Source: Promethearchaeota archaeon
Lineage (GTDB): Archaea > Asgardarchaeota > Lokiarchaeia > Sigyniarchaeales > SOKP01
NCBI GenBank assembly: GCA_019894975.1
Contig: JAGXNO010000003.1
Location: 1 to 64,000, forward strand
DNA: 64,000 nt
Direction of reading: 5' to 3'
Positions 29,841 through 40,264 of the stretch are shown here, piece by piece. Position 1 is the stretch's first letter. Each line of letters opens with the position of its first letter. The translations under genes were made by a program, and so were the position numbers. The notes under the pieces were generated by a model. That model was not told the origin of the DNA. It was given only the letters and a program-made list of their open reading frames with translations, and made no database searches.

Positions 29841-32379
29841 ATTTGATCTCCTCCATCAATTGGTAATAGAATTTATTAACAATTTCAGCAAATTTACTGC
29901 CCTCAACAGCATTCATATGCTCAAGAATAACACGATTACTGTATTTTGGGCCCAAAATATTTTTTAATAATTTGATTTTATTATTAATTTTTTCTACTCC
30001 ATCAATGTATCGACATGCGTTCTCATTGCATCCAATAACCATAACTCCGTCAAATCCACGCTCAAGTGATTTGATTATAAAATTTGTATCAACACGACCA
30101 GTACATGGAACTCGCACAATGAAAATATTTGGATTATACGAAATTTTTTTAAGACCAGCATCATCAGCTGCTGCATATCCACAAGAACCACAACAAAACG
30201 CGATAATTTTCGGACTTTTCTTATACTTTGAAAGCACTTCAATTGTCTTAAGAAACTTTTCAGAAGTGTCTATATTTAAATCTATTGCATTTGTAGGACA
30301 AACACTTACACATGTTCCGCATCCTTTACATTTGAATTTATCAATGCTAATTTTGTCAGATTCGATAGTTATTGCATTATATGGACAAGTTTTAGAACAT
30401 AAACCACATAAGCCACATTTTTCCTCATTTATTTCTATTCCACTAAACTCTGCTATTAAGTAATCCTGTGAAAGTAATGAAATCACTTTTAAAGCGATAT
30501 TATTAGCTGTAGAAATTGTGGAATTATAATCTAAAGGGCCAAAAATAGTACCAACTCCATATATTCCTGAAGCTAAGGTTTCTTCACTCATAAAGCCATA
30601 ATCATCCAAAGAAAAATCCATAGTCTTTCTAAATGCTTTTAGATCTTTATTTGGAACTATTGCTAGATTTAATATAATCAAATCGCTTGGATATTCCACT
30701 GAATCAGCAATAATCCGCTTTTCATTATTATCGTCAACAATTTTTATCTCATTAGCATAATGGAATCGGGAGTCTCTTGAACTAAGTAAAAAATCATTTT
30801 TGTTATTAATTTTATTTAAATCATAAAAAACATTTACGGTGCAACCAGGATTTTTTACATTTATACAACTTAGATATTTTAAAGCAAGAGTGTCATGAAG
30901 TTTATGTTGATGATCAGGGGAACCTGCGCATTGAATAATTGCAATTCTCTTTGCTGGTTTTTTATCAGAAATTTTTATTATTTCCCCACCTGTGAAACCA
31001 TCTGAAGAAAGCATTCTTTCAAATTCAGGGGACGTAATTATGTCATTTTGTGGATCATAATTATATTGCTCCAAATCCGAGTATAAATCAGCACCAATTG
31101 CAATGACTTTTACACCAACTTTGATCCTAATTTTCTCTTGTTTTTGATCAAGAGCAATTGCTTTATTTATACAAGCACGTTCGCAAATTCTACAATTAAG
31201 ACAATTATTTATATCTTCCATATCGATTAAAGGAACATAAGGATATGAATGAATAAATGGGATGTATATAATTTTACTATTAATTAAACCAAATTCGTAC
31301 TGATTGGATTTTTCTATACTACATACATCTATGCATTGTTTACACCCAGTGCATTTTTTCTCATCAACATAACGAGGTTTTTTAATTAAATCAATTGTAA
31401 AATCACCAACCTCTCCTGATACACTCTCGATTTCGGTATTAGTAAAAATGTTTATATTTTTTTCTTTCACTAATTCAGCTATCAATTCAGAAATGAAACA
31501 AATAGAACAATCGCCCATTTTATAGATTCGATCCCACCTAGCTACCTTTCCTCCGAGGGTTGGTGATTTTTCAACAAGAAATACTTTAATTCCCGCTCGT
31601 GCTAAATTTAATGAGAGCGTCATACCTGCAATTCCACCACCTATGATTGCACAACTCTTTTCTATTTCAACTCTCTTAATTTTTACGTTCTTCTGAAGAA
31701 TTACCCTTTCAATGGCAACTTCAATTAATAATTTTGCTTTTTCTAAAGTTAGTGTAGGATCTATATTATCCACTTTAAATTGATGCACCCAACAGCATTG
31801 CTCTCTAATATTTGCTATTTCTATGTTTGCGCGTTCAATAACATCCTCAAAAATGCGTTCAAAAATATGTTGATGTGTCTTTGGGGAACATGCGGCAATA
31901 GCAACTTTGTTTAAGAAATTATCTTTAACCCATTTGGCAATCTTAATAAAATTTTTTTGCTGACATAGATTTTCAAATACCTTGACAGAAACAACATATT
32001 TTAACTTACTTACGTAGTTTTCCAGAGCATTTACATTTATAATATTTGAAATTTCTGTATTACAATTACAAATAATAACCCCAACTCGACTTATTTCACT
32101 TCCCTTTGAATCTAAATACTCGTCAATATCTTCTCCTGATAAAATCCTTTTATTAATATTTAATATCTTAAGGACTCGCTTTCCTTCTTCTGTAAGAAAA
32201 TATGATTTCTTATCTTTATCTATTAAGGATCCAATTTTTTTGAGATGGAAGTTTAACTGACCAGTTGTTTCTAAACCAAGTCTTTCCATTAAATCTGTAT
32301 ACGGAAGATAACCCTCATTTTCTAGAAGGAGTAATACCTTTCTTCTAAATGGATGAGATAATATTGAATATATATCCAT
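29830..32379 (-). CDS. Winged-helix (ArsR-like) / HdrA-like / MvhD triple fusion
   Basis: N-term LSHPFRRKVL...TGQLNFHLKKI..YFLTEEG; HdrA blocks AACSPKTH, NIREQCCWVH, GGGIAG; C-term FCCGSCGYAAAD, VPCTGRVD, GC...CRY. Confidence 0.85.
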   Translation of the reverse strand: MDIYSILSHPFRRKVLLLLENEGYLPYTDLMERLGLETTGQLNFHLKKIGSLIDKDKKSYFLTEEGKRVLKILNINKRILSGEDIDEYLDSKGSEISRVGVIICNCNTEISNIINVNALENYVSKLKYVVSVKVFENLCQQKNFIKIAKWVKDNFLNKVAIAACSPKTHQHIFERIFEDVIERANIEIANIREQCCWVHQFKVDNIDPTLTLEKAKLLIEVAIERVILQKNVKIKRVEIEKSCAIIGGGIAGMTLSLNLARAGIKVFLVEKSPTLGGKVARWDRIYKMGDCSICFISELIAELVKEKNINIFTNTEIESVSGEVGDFTIDLIKKPRYVDEKKCTGCKQCIDVCSIEKSNQYEFGLINSKIIYIPFIHSYPYVPLIDMEDINNCLNCRICERACINKAIALDQKQEKIRIKVGVKVIAIGADLYSDLEQYNYDPQNDIITSPEFERMLSSDGFTGGEIIKISDKKPAKRIAIIQCAGSPDHQHKLHDTLALKYLSCINVKNPGCTVNVFYDLNKINNKNDFLLSSRDSRFHYANEIKIVDDNNEKRIIADSVEYPSDLIILNLAIVPNKDLKAFRKTMDFSLDDYGFMSEETLASGIYGVGTIFGPLDYNSTISTANNIALKVISLLSQDYLIAEFSGIEINEEKCGLCGLCSKTCPYNAITIESDKISIDKFKCKGCGTCVSVCPTNAIDLNIDTSEKFLKTIEVLSKYKKSPKIIAFCCGSCGYAAADDAGLKKISYNPNIFIVRVPCTGRVDTNFIIKSLERGFDGVMVIGCNENACRYIDGVEKINNKIKLLKNILGPKYSNRVILEHMNAVEGSKFAEIVNKFYYQLMEEIKYEA

Positions 32380-32480
32380 CTTCTAAATCCCTCTCTTTTT
32401 CGCCATTTTCAAACAGGATATTTAATTTTAATCAAATTAAAAAAAAAATATATTTAGTTTTTAAACATTGTTTATATTAC

Positions 32481-33638
32481 TTAATCGTCGTCAATTTCTA
32501 AAGCTAAAGGTGGAGATTTCCATGTAATCAATTTATTTTTCATAAAGTTTTCAAATCGTTCCATCTTTAATTGACAGAATTGAGAAATTTTCTCTTTCAT
32601 TTTCTCTTTGCTTGTTACCTCCAATCTAAAAGATTTAATTACTCCTGCATTAATTACTTTCCTAATTATATCTATTCCTTTTTTAGTGCGAGTGATTACT
32701 GTAGTAAATTTATCCGTAGAACCTAATCCCCCAAATGAGATATCAGCATAAATACTAGTGAAATCGCTACAAGCAAGACAAGCTTGACGCATATAATCAT
32801 TTATACTTTCAAAGGGGATATGGATTATTTTTTGAGTGGCTCCTCTGTTTTTCAATTTAATGATTAAATCTTCTTTAATGTTTATTCTTTCTACATTTTC
32901 GAATTTCAGATTGAATTCTTTTTCAAACTTCTCAATTCTGAGCTTATCAAAAAAGAAGTTCTCGTAACAAAATAATCCTAAACAAAGCTCAATATTCTCT
33001 GAAGGAATAATACCTAAACTTTGCATGCATCTAATAGTATAAATTTGGCACGGTGTTCCAACCACAGCTAATCTTTTAAATTTGTAATCTCTTAATTGGG
33101 GAAGTGAACTTGTATATGTGTGAAATTTCTGTAATTCATTTAGCTGTGGAGATAAATCTAATTTAAGTCCTGATGCCTCTATTAAATCTTTTTTATTTCT
33201 AGCAATTGTGGCTTCTCTGGAAAAGGCAGTTTTTGTTTTTGCAACGATAGCCCCATCAATTACTTTCTTCTCTAATAAATAGTTTATTATTGAGTTTACT
33301 ACACCTCCATCTGTTCCAATTTTTAAAAAATCTTTATCTGTGGCTTGACATGAATAAATATTGTCGATAAATCCAAAGGGCATGGATGAAAAACTTGTAA
33401 AATTATAAGTTTTCTTGAGATCACCGTCTAAAATATGAGTCTGTGGGCAAAGTAAATAACAAATTCCGCATTCAAGACATTTATCCTCATTTATATATTT
33501 TGGAGGTGAATTAGGATCCTTCATGCTAATTACATCATGTTCAATCGAATTACAAAAACTTACACAACCTCCACATTGTTGGCATATACCAGGTTCGTGA
33601 ACTTCTTTAATTAAATCCTTAAAATTCTTTATCTTCAT
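32481..33638 (-). CDS. FrhB/FdhB family protein, paralog of 20049..21164
   Basis: CQQCGGCVSFC, TDGGVV, VGTPCQ, LGLFCYENF, ADISFGG. Confidence 0.9.
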   Translation of the reverse strand: MKIKNFKDLIKEVHEPGICQQCGGCVSFCNSIEHDVISMKDPNSPPKYINEDKCLECGICYLLCPQTHILDGDLKKTYNFTSFSSMPFGFIDNIYSCQATDKDFLKIGTDGGVVNSIINYLLEKKVIDGAIVAKTKTAFSREATIARNKKDLIEASGLKLDLSPQLNELQKFHTYTSSLPQLRDYKFKRLAVVGTPCQIYTIRCMQSLGIIPSENIELCLGLFCYENFFFDKLRIEKFEKEFNLKFENVERINIKEDLIIKLKNRGATQKIIHIPFESINDYMRQACLACSDFTSIYADISFGGLGSTDKFTTVITRTKKGIDIIRKVINAGVIKSFRLEVTSKEKMKEKISQFCQLKMERFENFMKNKLITWKSPPLALEIDDD

Positions 33639-34054
33639 TATCAGAAATCACCAACTGTATTTATAATCTCGACATCCTAATGACTATTTTAGTAAATATT
33701 ATGATTACTATGATAAATATTATTGTCAAAATATATAAATATATCTTTTTTCGTATATTGATAAGTGAAAAACCTCAATTGAATATTAGAGAATGATAAG
33801 GAGTATATTGAATTTGGATCAGGGATAGGTCCGATTCGTTCATCAAATAAAAAATTGATAAGCAGATTTATCAAAATAACAAATATTTTTCTTATCAGAT
33901 TTTTTAAATTTCTCTCACCTCATAATTTTATCGTAATAGAGTATTAGAAAGTGATTATTATTTCATTTTTGGAAATTCAGTATTTTTTTCAAAATTGAAA
34001 ATAAAAAATTTTTATTAAAAAAATAACGGGTGATATTTTACAAAGGTGGATTAG

Positions 34055-36091
34055 ATGTCTGAAGTGCAGACCAATGTTAGAATAGGAGTGTATATCTGTA
34101 GATGAGGAGTAAATATTGGTGCAAGCATTGATTGCGATATTCTGAGAAATTATGCGGAACTACTCACGGGTGTCATGATTGCTAGAGTAAATGATTTTAC
34201 TTGCAGTGATCCAGGACAAACACTTATTAAGAATGATATTTTAGACTTAGATTTAAATCGGATTGTCGTTGCTGCTTGTACACCAAAAATTCATGAATCC
34301 ACCTACCGAGCAGTATTAATTGAAGCAGGATTAAGTCCATACTATTTTCAAATGGTTAATCTACGCGAGCATTGCTCTTTTATTCACTTAAATGATAAAA
34401 AGAATGCTACTGAAAAAGCTCTAAGATTACTACAAGCAGGAATAAATCGTGCACGGGAATTAGAAATTATCCCTTATAAAAAAATATCGATGGAAAGAGC
34501 TGTTTTAATTATTGGAGCGGGAATTGCGGGGATGAATGCTGCTTTAGATTTAGCAAATCAGGGGATTCCTGTTTATTTAGTCGAAAAAGAAGCCACAATT
34601 GGTGGAAAAATGGCACAATTAGACAGAATTTACCCCACCGATGATTGTGGGATATGAGTACTCGCACCTATTATGGTGAGTGCTTCAAAGCACCCAAATA
34701 TAAAATTATTTACCTATAGTGAAATTATTGAATTTAATGGGATCCCTGGTAATTATAATGTCAAAATACGAAGAAATCCTCGTTATATTAATGAAAAGAA
34801 ATGTACTGGTTGCGGGTTATGTACAATAAAATGCCCAATAAAAGTCCCGAATGAATTTAATAGAGGTATTGGAGAAAGGAGCGCAATTTACATACTTTTT
34901 CCCCAAGCGGTTCCAAAAATTGCTTTAATTGATAGAGATGTCTGTATAGAATGTAAAAATTGTCAAAAAGACTGTCCAGCAGAAGCTATTGAATTTGAAC
35001 AAGAACCTGAGTTTATCGATTTAACAGTTGGAGCAATCATTGTTGCTACTGGATGGGATGAATATCCAATTATGAAATATAACGATTATAAATATGGTAT
35101 TTATCCTAATGTAATTACACAACTAGAGTTAGAACGAATTTTAAGTCCAATTGGACCAACAGGGGGTCATCTTTATAGAATCTCTGATGGTAAAACCCCA
35201 AGAACAGTAGCTATGATTCAATGTGTTGGCTCGAGATCCTTAAAGGGGAACCCTTATTGTTCTGTAGTTTGTTGCAGTGTTGCTCTTAAAAACGCTCAAC
35301 TGCTAAAACAAGAATATCCGGGTATGGATATTGTTATTTTTTATATAGATGTTCGAGCATGGGATAAAGGGAATGAAGAATATTATAGAAAAGCAAGAGA
35401 AGCAGGTATAATGATGGTTCGGGGAAAAGTAGGAGATATACGAGAAGATCCTGAAACAAAAAAGCTAAAGATTCGAGCTTCTTCAACTTTAACTGGTGAA
35501 TTTATTACCTTGAACGCAGATTTAGTCGTTTTATCAACAGGTATGGTCCCTTCTAAAAATACAGCAAAAATCATTGATATTTTAGGATTAAATAAGGATT
35601 CGAATGGTTTTTTAAAAGAGATTCATGGATGCCTCAAACCTCAAGAGACAAATAATATGGGTATTTATATATGTGGATGTGCCGCTGGACCTAAAAATAT
35701 CCCTTATTCCGTATCAACAGCCTTAGCTGCAGCAAGTAAGGTATCAACATTACTTTCTAAAGATACAATAATTCAAGAATTAATTATTGCTGAAATAGAT
35801 GAAAATCTGTGCATGGGTTGTCATAGATGTGAAAAACTCTGTAATTATAAAGCAATCACAGTAAATGGAGAAAATTTTGCGGAAGTAGATGATTTAAAGT
35901 GTAGAGGTTGTGGCGTTTGTGTTTCATCATGTCCCGCTCGAGCAATCGATCTCAAATATTATAGAGAAAAACAATTTGTCGAAGAAATAAAAGGGATTTG
36001 TAGTACTGAAATTGAATTTAAGGAGGAATATTTTGAATCTATTGAAATCGTAATGAAAGAGATTGAAGCATTAGCTCCTCATAAAATTTAA
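34055..36091 (+). CDS. hdrA: Heterodisulfide reductase subunit A, probable selenoprotein (two in-frame UGA; 678 aa)
   Basis: ATG 34055 behind AGGTGG. MSEVQTNVRIGVYICR-TGA(34103)-GVNIG and PTDDCGI-TGA(34655)-VLAP both align with HdrA Cys positions; track ORFs 34175 and 34673 are in the same frame. Confidence 0.92.
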
Positions 36092-36092
36092 A

Positions 36093-36161
36093 CCGAAAAA
36101 GAATGATCCTTTCAAAAAAATTATAGTTGAAAGGGAACTAACCCATAGCTAGGGTTTTCGG
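36093..36161 (+). promoter_or_regulatory. SECIS element candidate in the hdrA 3' UTR
   Basis: ATGA(36103)-T-CCTTTCAA / A-rich loop / TTGAAAGG-GA; outer CCGAAAA/TTTTCGG stem; ATGA lies 12 nt after the stop codon. Confidence 0.65.
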
Positions 36162-36445
36162 AATAATAATTTATCTTAGATTTAGAGTTTTGATGTATAG
36201 AAAATTTTTTCTAATTTTAGCATTTTGATACTAAGTTTAAATTATGATTAATATATAACTTCCCTTATAGGCAATTTAAGGGATTTCTAATTTCCTATTA
36301 TAAGTGTCATTTAATTATTATATTTTTTTATTTTTTTGTTAAAAAAATTGACAATTTTTTTTTTCATATCATATCTATTAATATGCTAGAAATGTGATTT
36401 TTAACTTTATACTGCCATAAAAGAAAAATTCACTAAAGTTATAGA

Positions 36446-36465
36446 TTGACAATAAAGTTTGTCAA
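36446..36465. promoter_or_regulatory. Inverted repeat TTGACAA-N6-TTGTCAA, operator candidate
   Basis: Perfect 7-bp inverted repeat ~90 bp upstream of the 36551 operon. Confidence 0.35.
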
Positions 36466-36550
36466 ATCCAATAAAATTTTTGTTATCAGATTCTTTAAAT
36501 TCTGAGCTTTTGTTTATTTACTTGGAATAGTTAGATTTATTTATTATGAG

Positions 36551-37204
36551 GTGAGAATTAAGATGGAAGTTTTGGAAATTAAACCTGTTAGGAATAAAGA
36601 AATTAGAGTATATCTGATAAAAATATCTAATAGAAAATCAAAACCTAATGCAAAGGTAAATTTAATTGAGTTTTTAAGTCGTATAAATGTTAATTTTGCC
36701 ACAATTGATTTAGAAAACGAGAATCTAAGAAGTTTTAATAAGTCATCCTTAGCAAAAACATTGGAACAATATAATATTCCTTATTACATAGTAAATATCC
36801 CTGAATATGCGATGGGTTATCTTATGACGGAAATAATAGAAAAAGTAGAACAAGTTGACGAATTAATAGAAGAATTTCTTAGTATGAGCAATAAAGAATC
36901 CATTAAAGGGCTGAATTTAAAATCTTGGATTGATTTTCTCAAAGAAGAGATCGATGAAAAGAAATTATTTTTAGAATTAAAGCTAAGACCAGAATGGGTT
37001 GTTAAGAAAATTCTAGATATAATAAGACCTAAAAATAATAATGAAATCACCTTCGTCCATTTTGCTCAGGATAAGATATTTAATGAAACAATGAAGCTAT
37101 TAAAAGATTTATCTATAGAAGTTAAAGTTTATGAGCAAAAAAAAGAACCTTTTATTGTACATTTAATTACAAATGAGGAGGAATTAGACCAATGGAAGTA
37201 TTAG
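36551..37204 (+). CDS. Uncharacterised protein (family shared with 17335 and the 37192 N-domain)
   Basis: MEVLEIKP..., FATIDL, IPYYIVNIPEYAMGYL, RPEWVVKKIL, TFVHF. Confidence 0.75.
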   Translation: MRIKMEVLEIKPVRNKEIRVYLIKISNRKSKPNAKVNLIEFLSRINVNFATIDLENENLRSFNKSSLAKTLEQYNIPYYIVNIPEYAMGYLMTEIIEKVEQVDELIEEFLSMSNKESIKGLNLKSWIDFLKEEIDEKKLFLELKLRPEWVVKKILDIIRPKNNNEITFVHFAQDKIFNETMKLLKDLSIEVKVYEQKKEPFIVHLITNEEELDQWKY

Positions 37205-38868
37205 AATTGAAACCATTAAAGAAAAAAAGTTTAAAACTGGTGTTGATAGAAAGTGAATTTCCAATAGAATGGTGGTTTGAGGTATCGGCACAAAAGAAAC
37301 ACGATTTAGTTTGGAATTTAAATCTAGTTTCGAGGGAGTATCTTAATCTAATTGAAGATCTTATAAAAAAACACAATCCAAATTTCGCTATTGAGGAAAA
37401 GGGGAGTCGTTGGGAGGATACGATATCCCATGAAGATCCTATTGAGATATTATTTAGAGAACACGAGATTCCCTACAAAATGGTTGATATTTCAGAGAAC
37501 GCTGAAGATTATCTCTCTTCAAACTTGGAGGATCTAAGAACTTTTATAAAACAGTTAACAAAATCGATTAAAAGTTCAAAAAAGGTTGAGGGTTATAAGG
37601 ATGATTATATGTTTCTACGACAATTATTATGGAAGGATTATCTACAACAAGAATATGATAGTCAAGAAGATGAAATAAGGTATAAAGTTCGAGAAGCTTG
37701 GATGATGATGGGGATTCTTAAAATAGCAAAAAATTTGGAAGATAAAAAGCTAAACGCATTCTTTATCTGTGATTCTAATCATTTCAAAGGTATTACTCAA
37801 TTAGCTGAAGAGTTGGCTATAGAAACTGAAGAAATAAAAGTTAAACGATCAATTAAAATTATAAATAATCCTGGCTCAGGATCGATTAAAAATATAATTG
37901 GAAAATCTATACTTGAATTAACACCAATTAAAGTAAAAAAAAAGGAAAAACTTGATAAAATCTGTTATTTTTTTGATACAGACGAAAATGCTTCTCCTTT
38001 TGATATAAATATGGCTTATGACGCAGGCTTTGACGTGGTGATCCCATTTAGCAACATAAAAGCAAATCAGGTACAAAAATTAGTCCAAGATGCTATTTTT
38101 TCACGTAAACCAGGGGCACCTACATCATTTTTTATTGGGGGATCGAATGTGAAAGAAGGTGCAAAAATAGTCACAAAAGTTATAAAATCATTAGTACCAC
38201 CCTTTGAATGTCCAATCATTATCGATCCTAGAGGATCGCACACAACGGCATCTTCGATTGTGGCAAAAACCATGGAGATAGCTGAAAACCATAATATTGA
38301 TGATTTGAGAGGAAAAAAGGTTGTAATTTTAGGAGCGGGCCCTGTAGCTCAGATCGCAGCGATATTATCTGCTAAATTAAAATGTGAAACATATTTGGTA
38401 GAGACTTGGAATAAATCAAATAAGGAGTTTATCGAAGAATTATCAAAAGAGTTATCTAAAGAAGCAGGAAATGCTGCTACAATAATTCATGGAGAATTTG
38501 CTATAACTGAGGAAGAAAAATACAGTATTTTAAAAGATGCAGATTTTATATGGTCTTTGGCTGCAGTAGGTATTCAAGTTTTATCGAAAGATTTAATGGT
38601 TAAGCTAAAAAATAAAATCGTATGTGATATTAATTTAGTTCCACCCTATGGAATTGATGGATTAAAACCAAAGGATTTTAATGCTGAAATATTTCCTAGT
38701 ATTTTTGGAACTGGAGCATTAGCCATTGGTCGTCTCAAATCCAAAGTTGAGGAAACAATTTTAAAGGAAGCTTCAGCTACCATTGGAAAGAAAACATTTG
38801 ATTATCGATATGCTTTTGAAACAGCGAAGAAGATTTTGTTTGGAAGTGAAATTAAAATTACTCTTTAA
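37192..38868 (+). CDS. NAD(P)-dependent methylene-H4MPT dehydrogenase (MtdA/MtdB-like) fused to a ~250-aa unknown N-terminal domain
   Basis: ASPFDINMAYDAG, VQDAIFSR, FIGG, DPRGSHTTA, GAGPVA, DINLVPPYGIDG, GALAIGRLK. Confidence 0.85.
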   Translation: MEVLELKPLKKKSLKLVLIESEFPIEWWFEVSAQKKHDLVWNLNLVSREYLNLIEDLIKKHNPNFAIEEKGSRWEDTISHEDPIEILFREHEIPYKMVDISENAEDYLSSNLEDLRTFIKQLTKSIKSSKKVEGYKDDYMFLRQLLWKDYLQQEYDSQEDEIRYKVREAWMMMGILKIAKNLEDKKLNAFFICDSNHFKGITQLAEELAIETEEIKVKRSIKIINNPGSGSIKNIIGKSILELTPIKVKKKEKLDKICYFFDTDENASPFDINMAYDAGFDVVIPFSNIKANQVQKLVQDAIFSRKPGAPTSFFIGGSNVKEGAKIVTKVIKSLVPPFECPIIIDPRGSHTTASSIVAKTMEIAENHNIDDLRGKKVVILGAGPVAQIAAILSAKLKCETYLVETWNKSNKEFIEELSKELSKEAGNAATIIHGEFAITEEEKYSILKDADFIWSLAAVGIQVLSKDLMVKLKNKIVCDINLVPPYGIDGLKPKDFNAEIFPSIFGTGALAIGRLKSKVEETILKEASATIGKKTFDYRYAFETAKKILFGSEIKITL

Positions 38869-38979
38869 TCTTTTTTATTTTCTTAATTTTTAAAATTGAT
38901 CTTGTTTTTAATTCTATTTTACTCATATATTTTCTAAGCAAAGTAGGATTTAAAGAGAATAATGTAAAGGTTCAGAAAG

Positions 38980-39480
38980 GTGAAAATTAATAACAATGAA
39001 TATTATATCAAAATATTAGAGGTGATAATTATTTATAAAAAAATACTTTTAGCTATAGACGGATCTCTTCATTCTAATAATGCGGTTAATAAAACAGTCG
39101 AATTTCAAAAGATTTTGAATTGTAAGGTTTTAATAATTCATTCAATCAAAGATAATCGATTACCATCTGATCTATATCCTAATGTAAAGGTTCTTTATTC
39201 AAGATACAATACTCTTGACGAAGTATATAAAGAAGCAGGAGAAAAACTATTAAAAAGTACAAAGCAAAAGTTTGGAACAGCCCAAGATCTTGTTGAAACT
39301 CGCTTAATTGAAGATATTTCCCCTGAAGATTATATCCCTAAAGTTGTGGAAGAAGAAGAAATCGAGCTGGTTGTATTGGGGAGTAGAGGCCACCATTCAA
39401 AAATAAAAAAAGTTTTTTTAGGAACAGTTTCCACTAATATTGCAAAAAATGCACCTTGTGATGTTTGGATTGTTAAATAA
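38980..39480 (+). CDS. Universal stress protein
   Basis: YKKILLAIDGS, LVVLGSRG, LGTVSTNIAKNAPCDV; likely start is ATT 39031. Confidence 0.92.
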   Translation: MKINNNEYYIKILEVIIIYKKILLAIDGSLHSNNAVNKTVEFQKILNCKVLIIHSIKDNRLPSDLYPNVKVLYSRYNTLDEVYKEAGEKLLKSTKQKFGTAQDLVETRLIEDISPEDYIPKVVEEEEIELVVLGSRGHHSKIKKVFLGTVSTNIAKNAPCDVWIVK

Positions 39481-39866
39481 TATTGAAATATTATTATCAT
39501 TTTCAAAGAATATAAAAAGATCCTCTACCCAATATTTCAAATTCTTTTTTTTAGCTCATTGTACTATGACATTCTTAAACCATTATAAATCTTAAAATCT
39601 AAAAGTCATATTATCACAGTATAAATAATCAGTTATTAGCACATACATTATCAATTCATAGCTTCTAATTGTAGTATACTATATATTTTTATCGAATCTA
39701 AGAAAGGAGTGACTGAATCCGATATTTATATCATATCTATCCAAACATTTATAAGATCAATTTGCGTATATTATTATTGTGTAAAAAATATATGAAATAT
39801 GATAATGGGATATAATCTCAGAAATAATACTTAAGTAAAAATCGTTAAGAATTAGAGGTAGAGTAA

Positions 39867-40127
39867 ATAATCAATAGAAAAGATATAGAATCAAGAATAA
39901 AAAATGCAAGTTTAAATATTCAAAATAGATATAATCGTGTAAATCCAAAATTCATAAAAAATGAAATAGCTCCATTCAAAGTTATTAATTTGCAACCTAA
40001 CTTGAAAAAACTGAGCTCAAATTTGAACGAAGGGAGGAATAGTTCAAGAACCAATTCTAGATACTATTATCATAGCGTTGATATAGATGCAAAAATTAAT
40101 CATAGAAAAATAAGAGAAGGGGATTAG
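39867..40127 (+). CDS. Small basic hypothetical protein with ATA start (not in track)
   Basis: GAGGT RBS followed by an 86-codon open frame INRKDIESRIKNASLNIQNRYNRVNPKFIKNEIAPFKV...SVDIDAKINHRKIREGD*. Confidence 0.45.
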   Translation: MINRKDIESRIKNASLNIQNRYNRVNPKFIKNEIAPFKVINLQPNLKKLSSNLNEGRNSSRTNSRYYYHSVDIDAKINHRKIREGD

Positions 40128-40264
40128 AAATAAAAGTAAATTTTGAAATTAAGTAAAAAGTGATATATATCTCATGAAGGGTTATATAAACAAAATAAAT
40201 ATTAAAAAATAGAAAAGAGGTTAAGATTATTATTTTTTTCTCCCACTCAATCCAAATTTTTATA

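Noticed and set aside
29173-30463. Long plus-strand ORFs (186 aa, 163 aa) and similar overlapping track ORFs
   Set aside because: Antisense to well-supported mvhG and HdrA genes; no motifs.
33689-33874. 61-aa ORF in the divergent promoter region
   Set aside because: Low-complexity AT-rich sequence with no RBS or recognisable motif.
34175-36091. Two separate HdrA fragments or a pseudogene
   Set aside because: Same frame, both breaks are TGA at Cys positions, and a SECIS candidate follows; treated as one selenoprotein.
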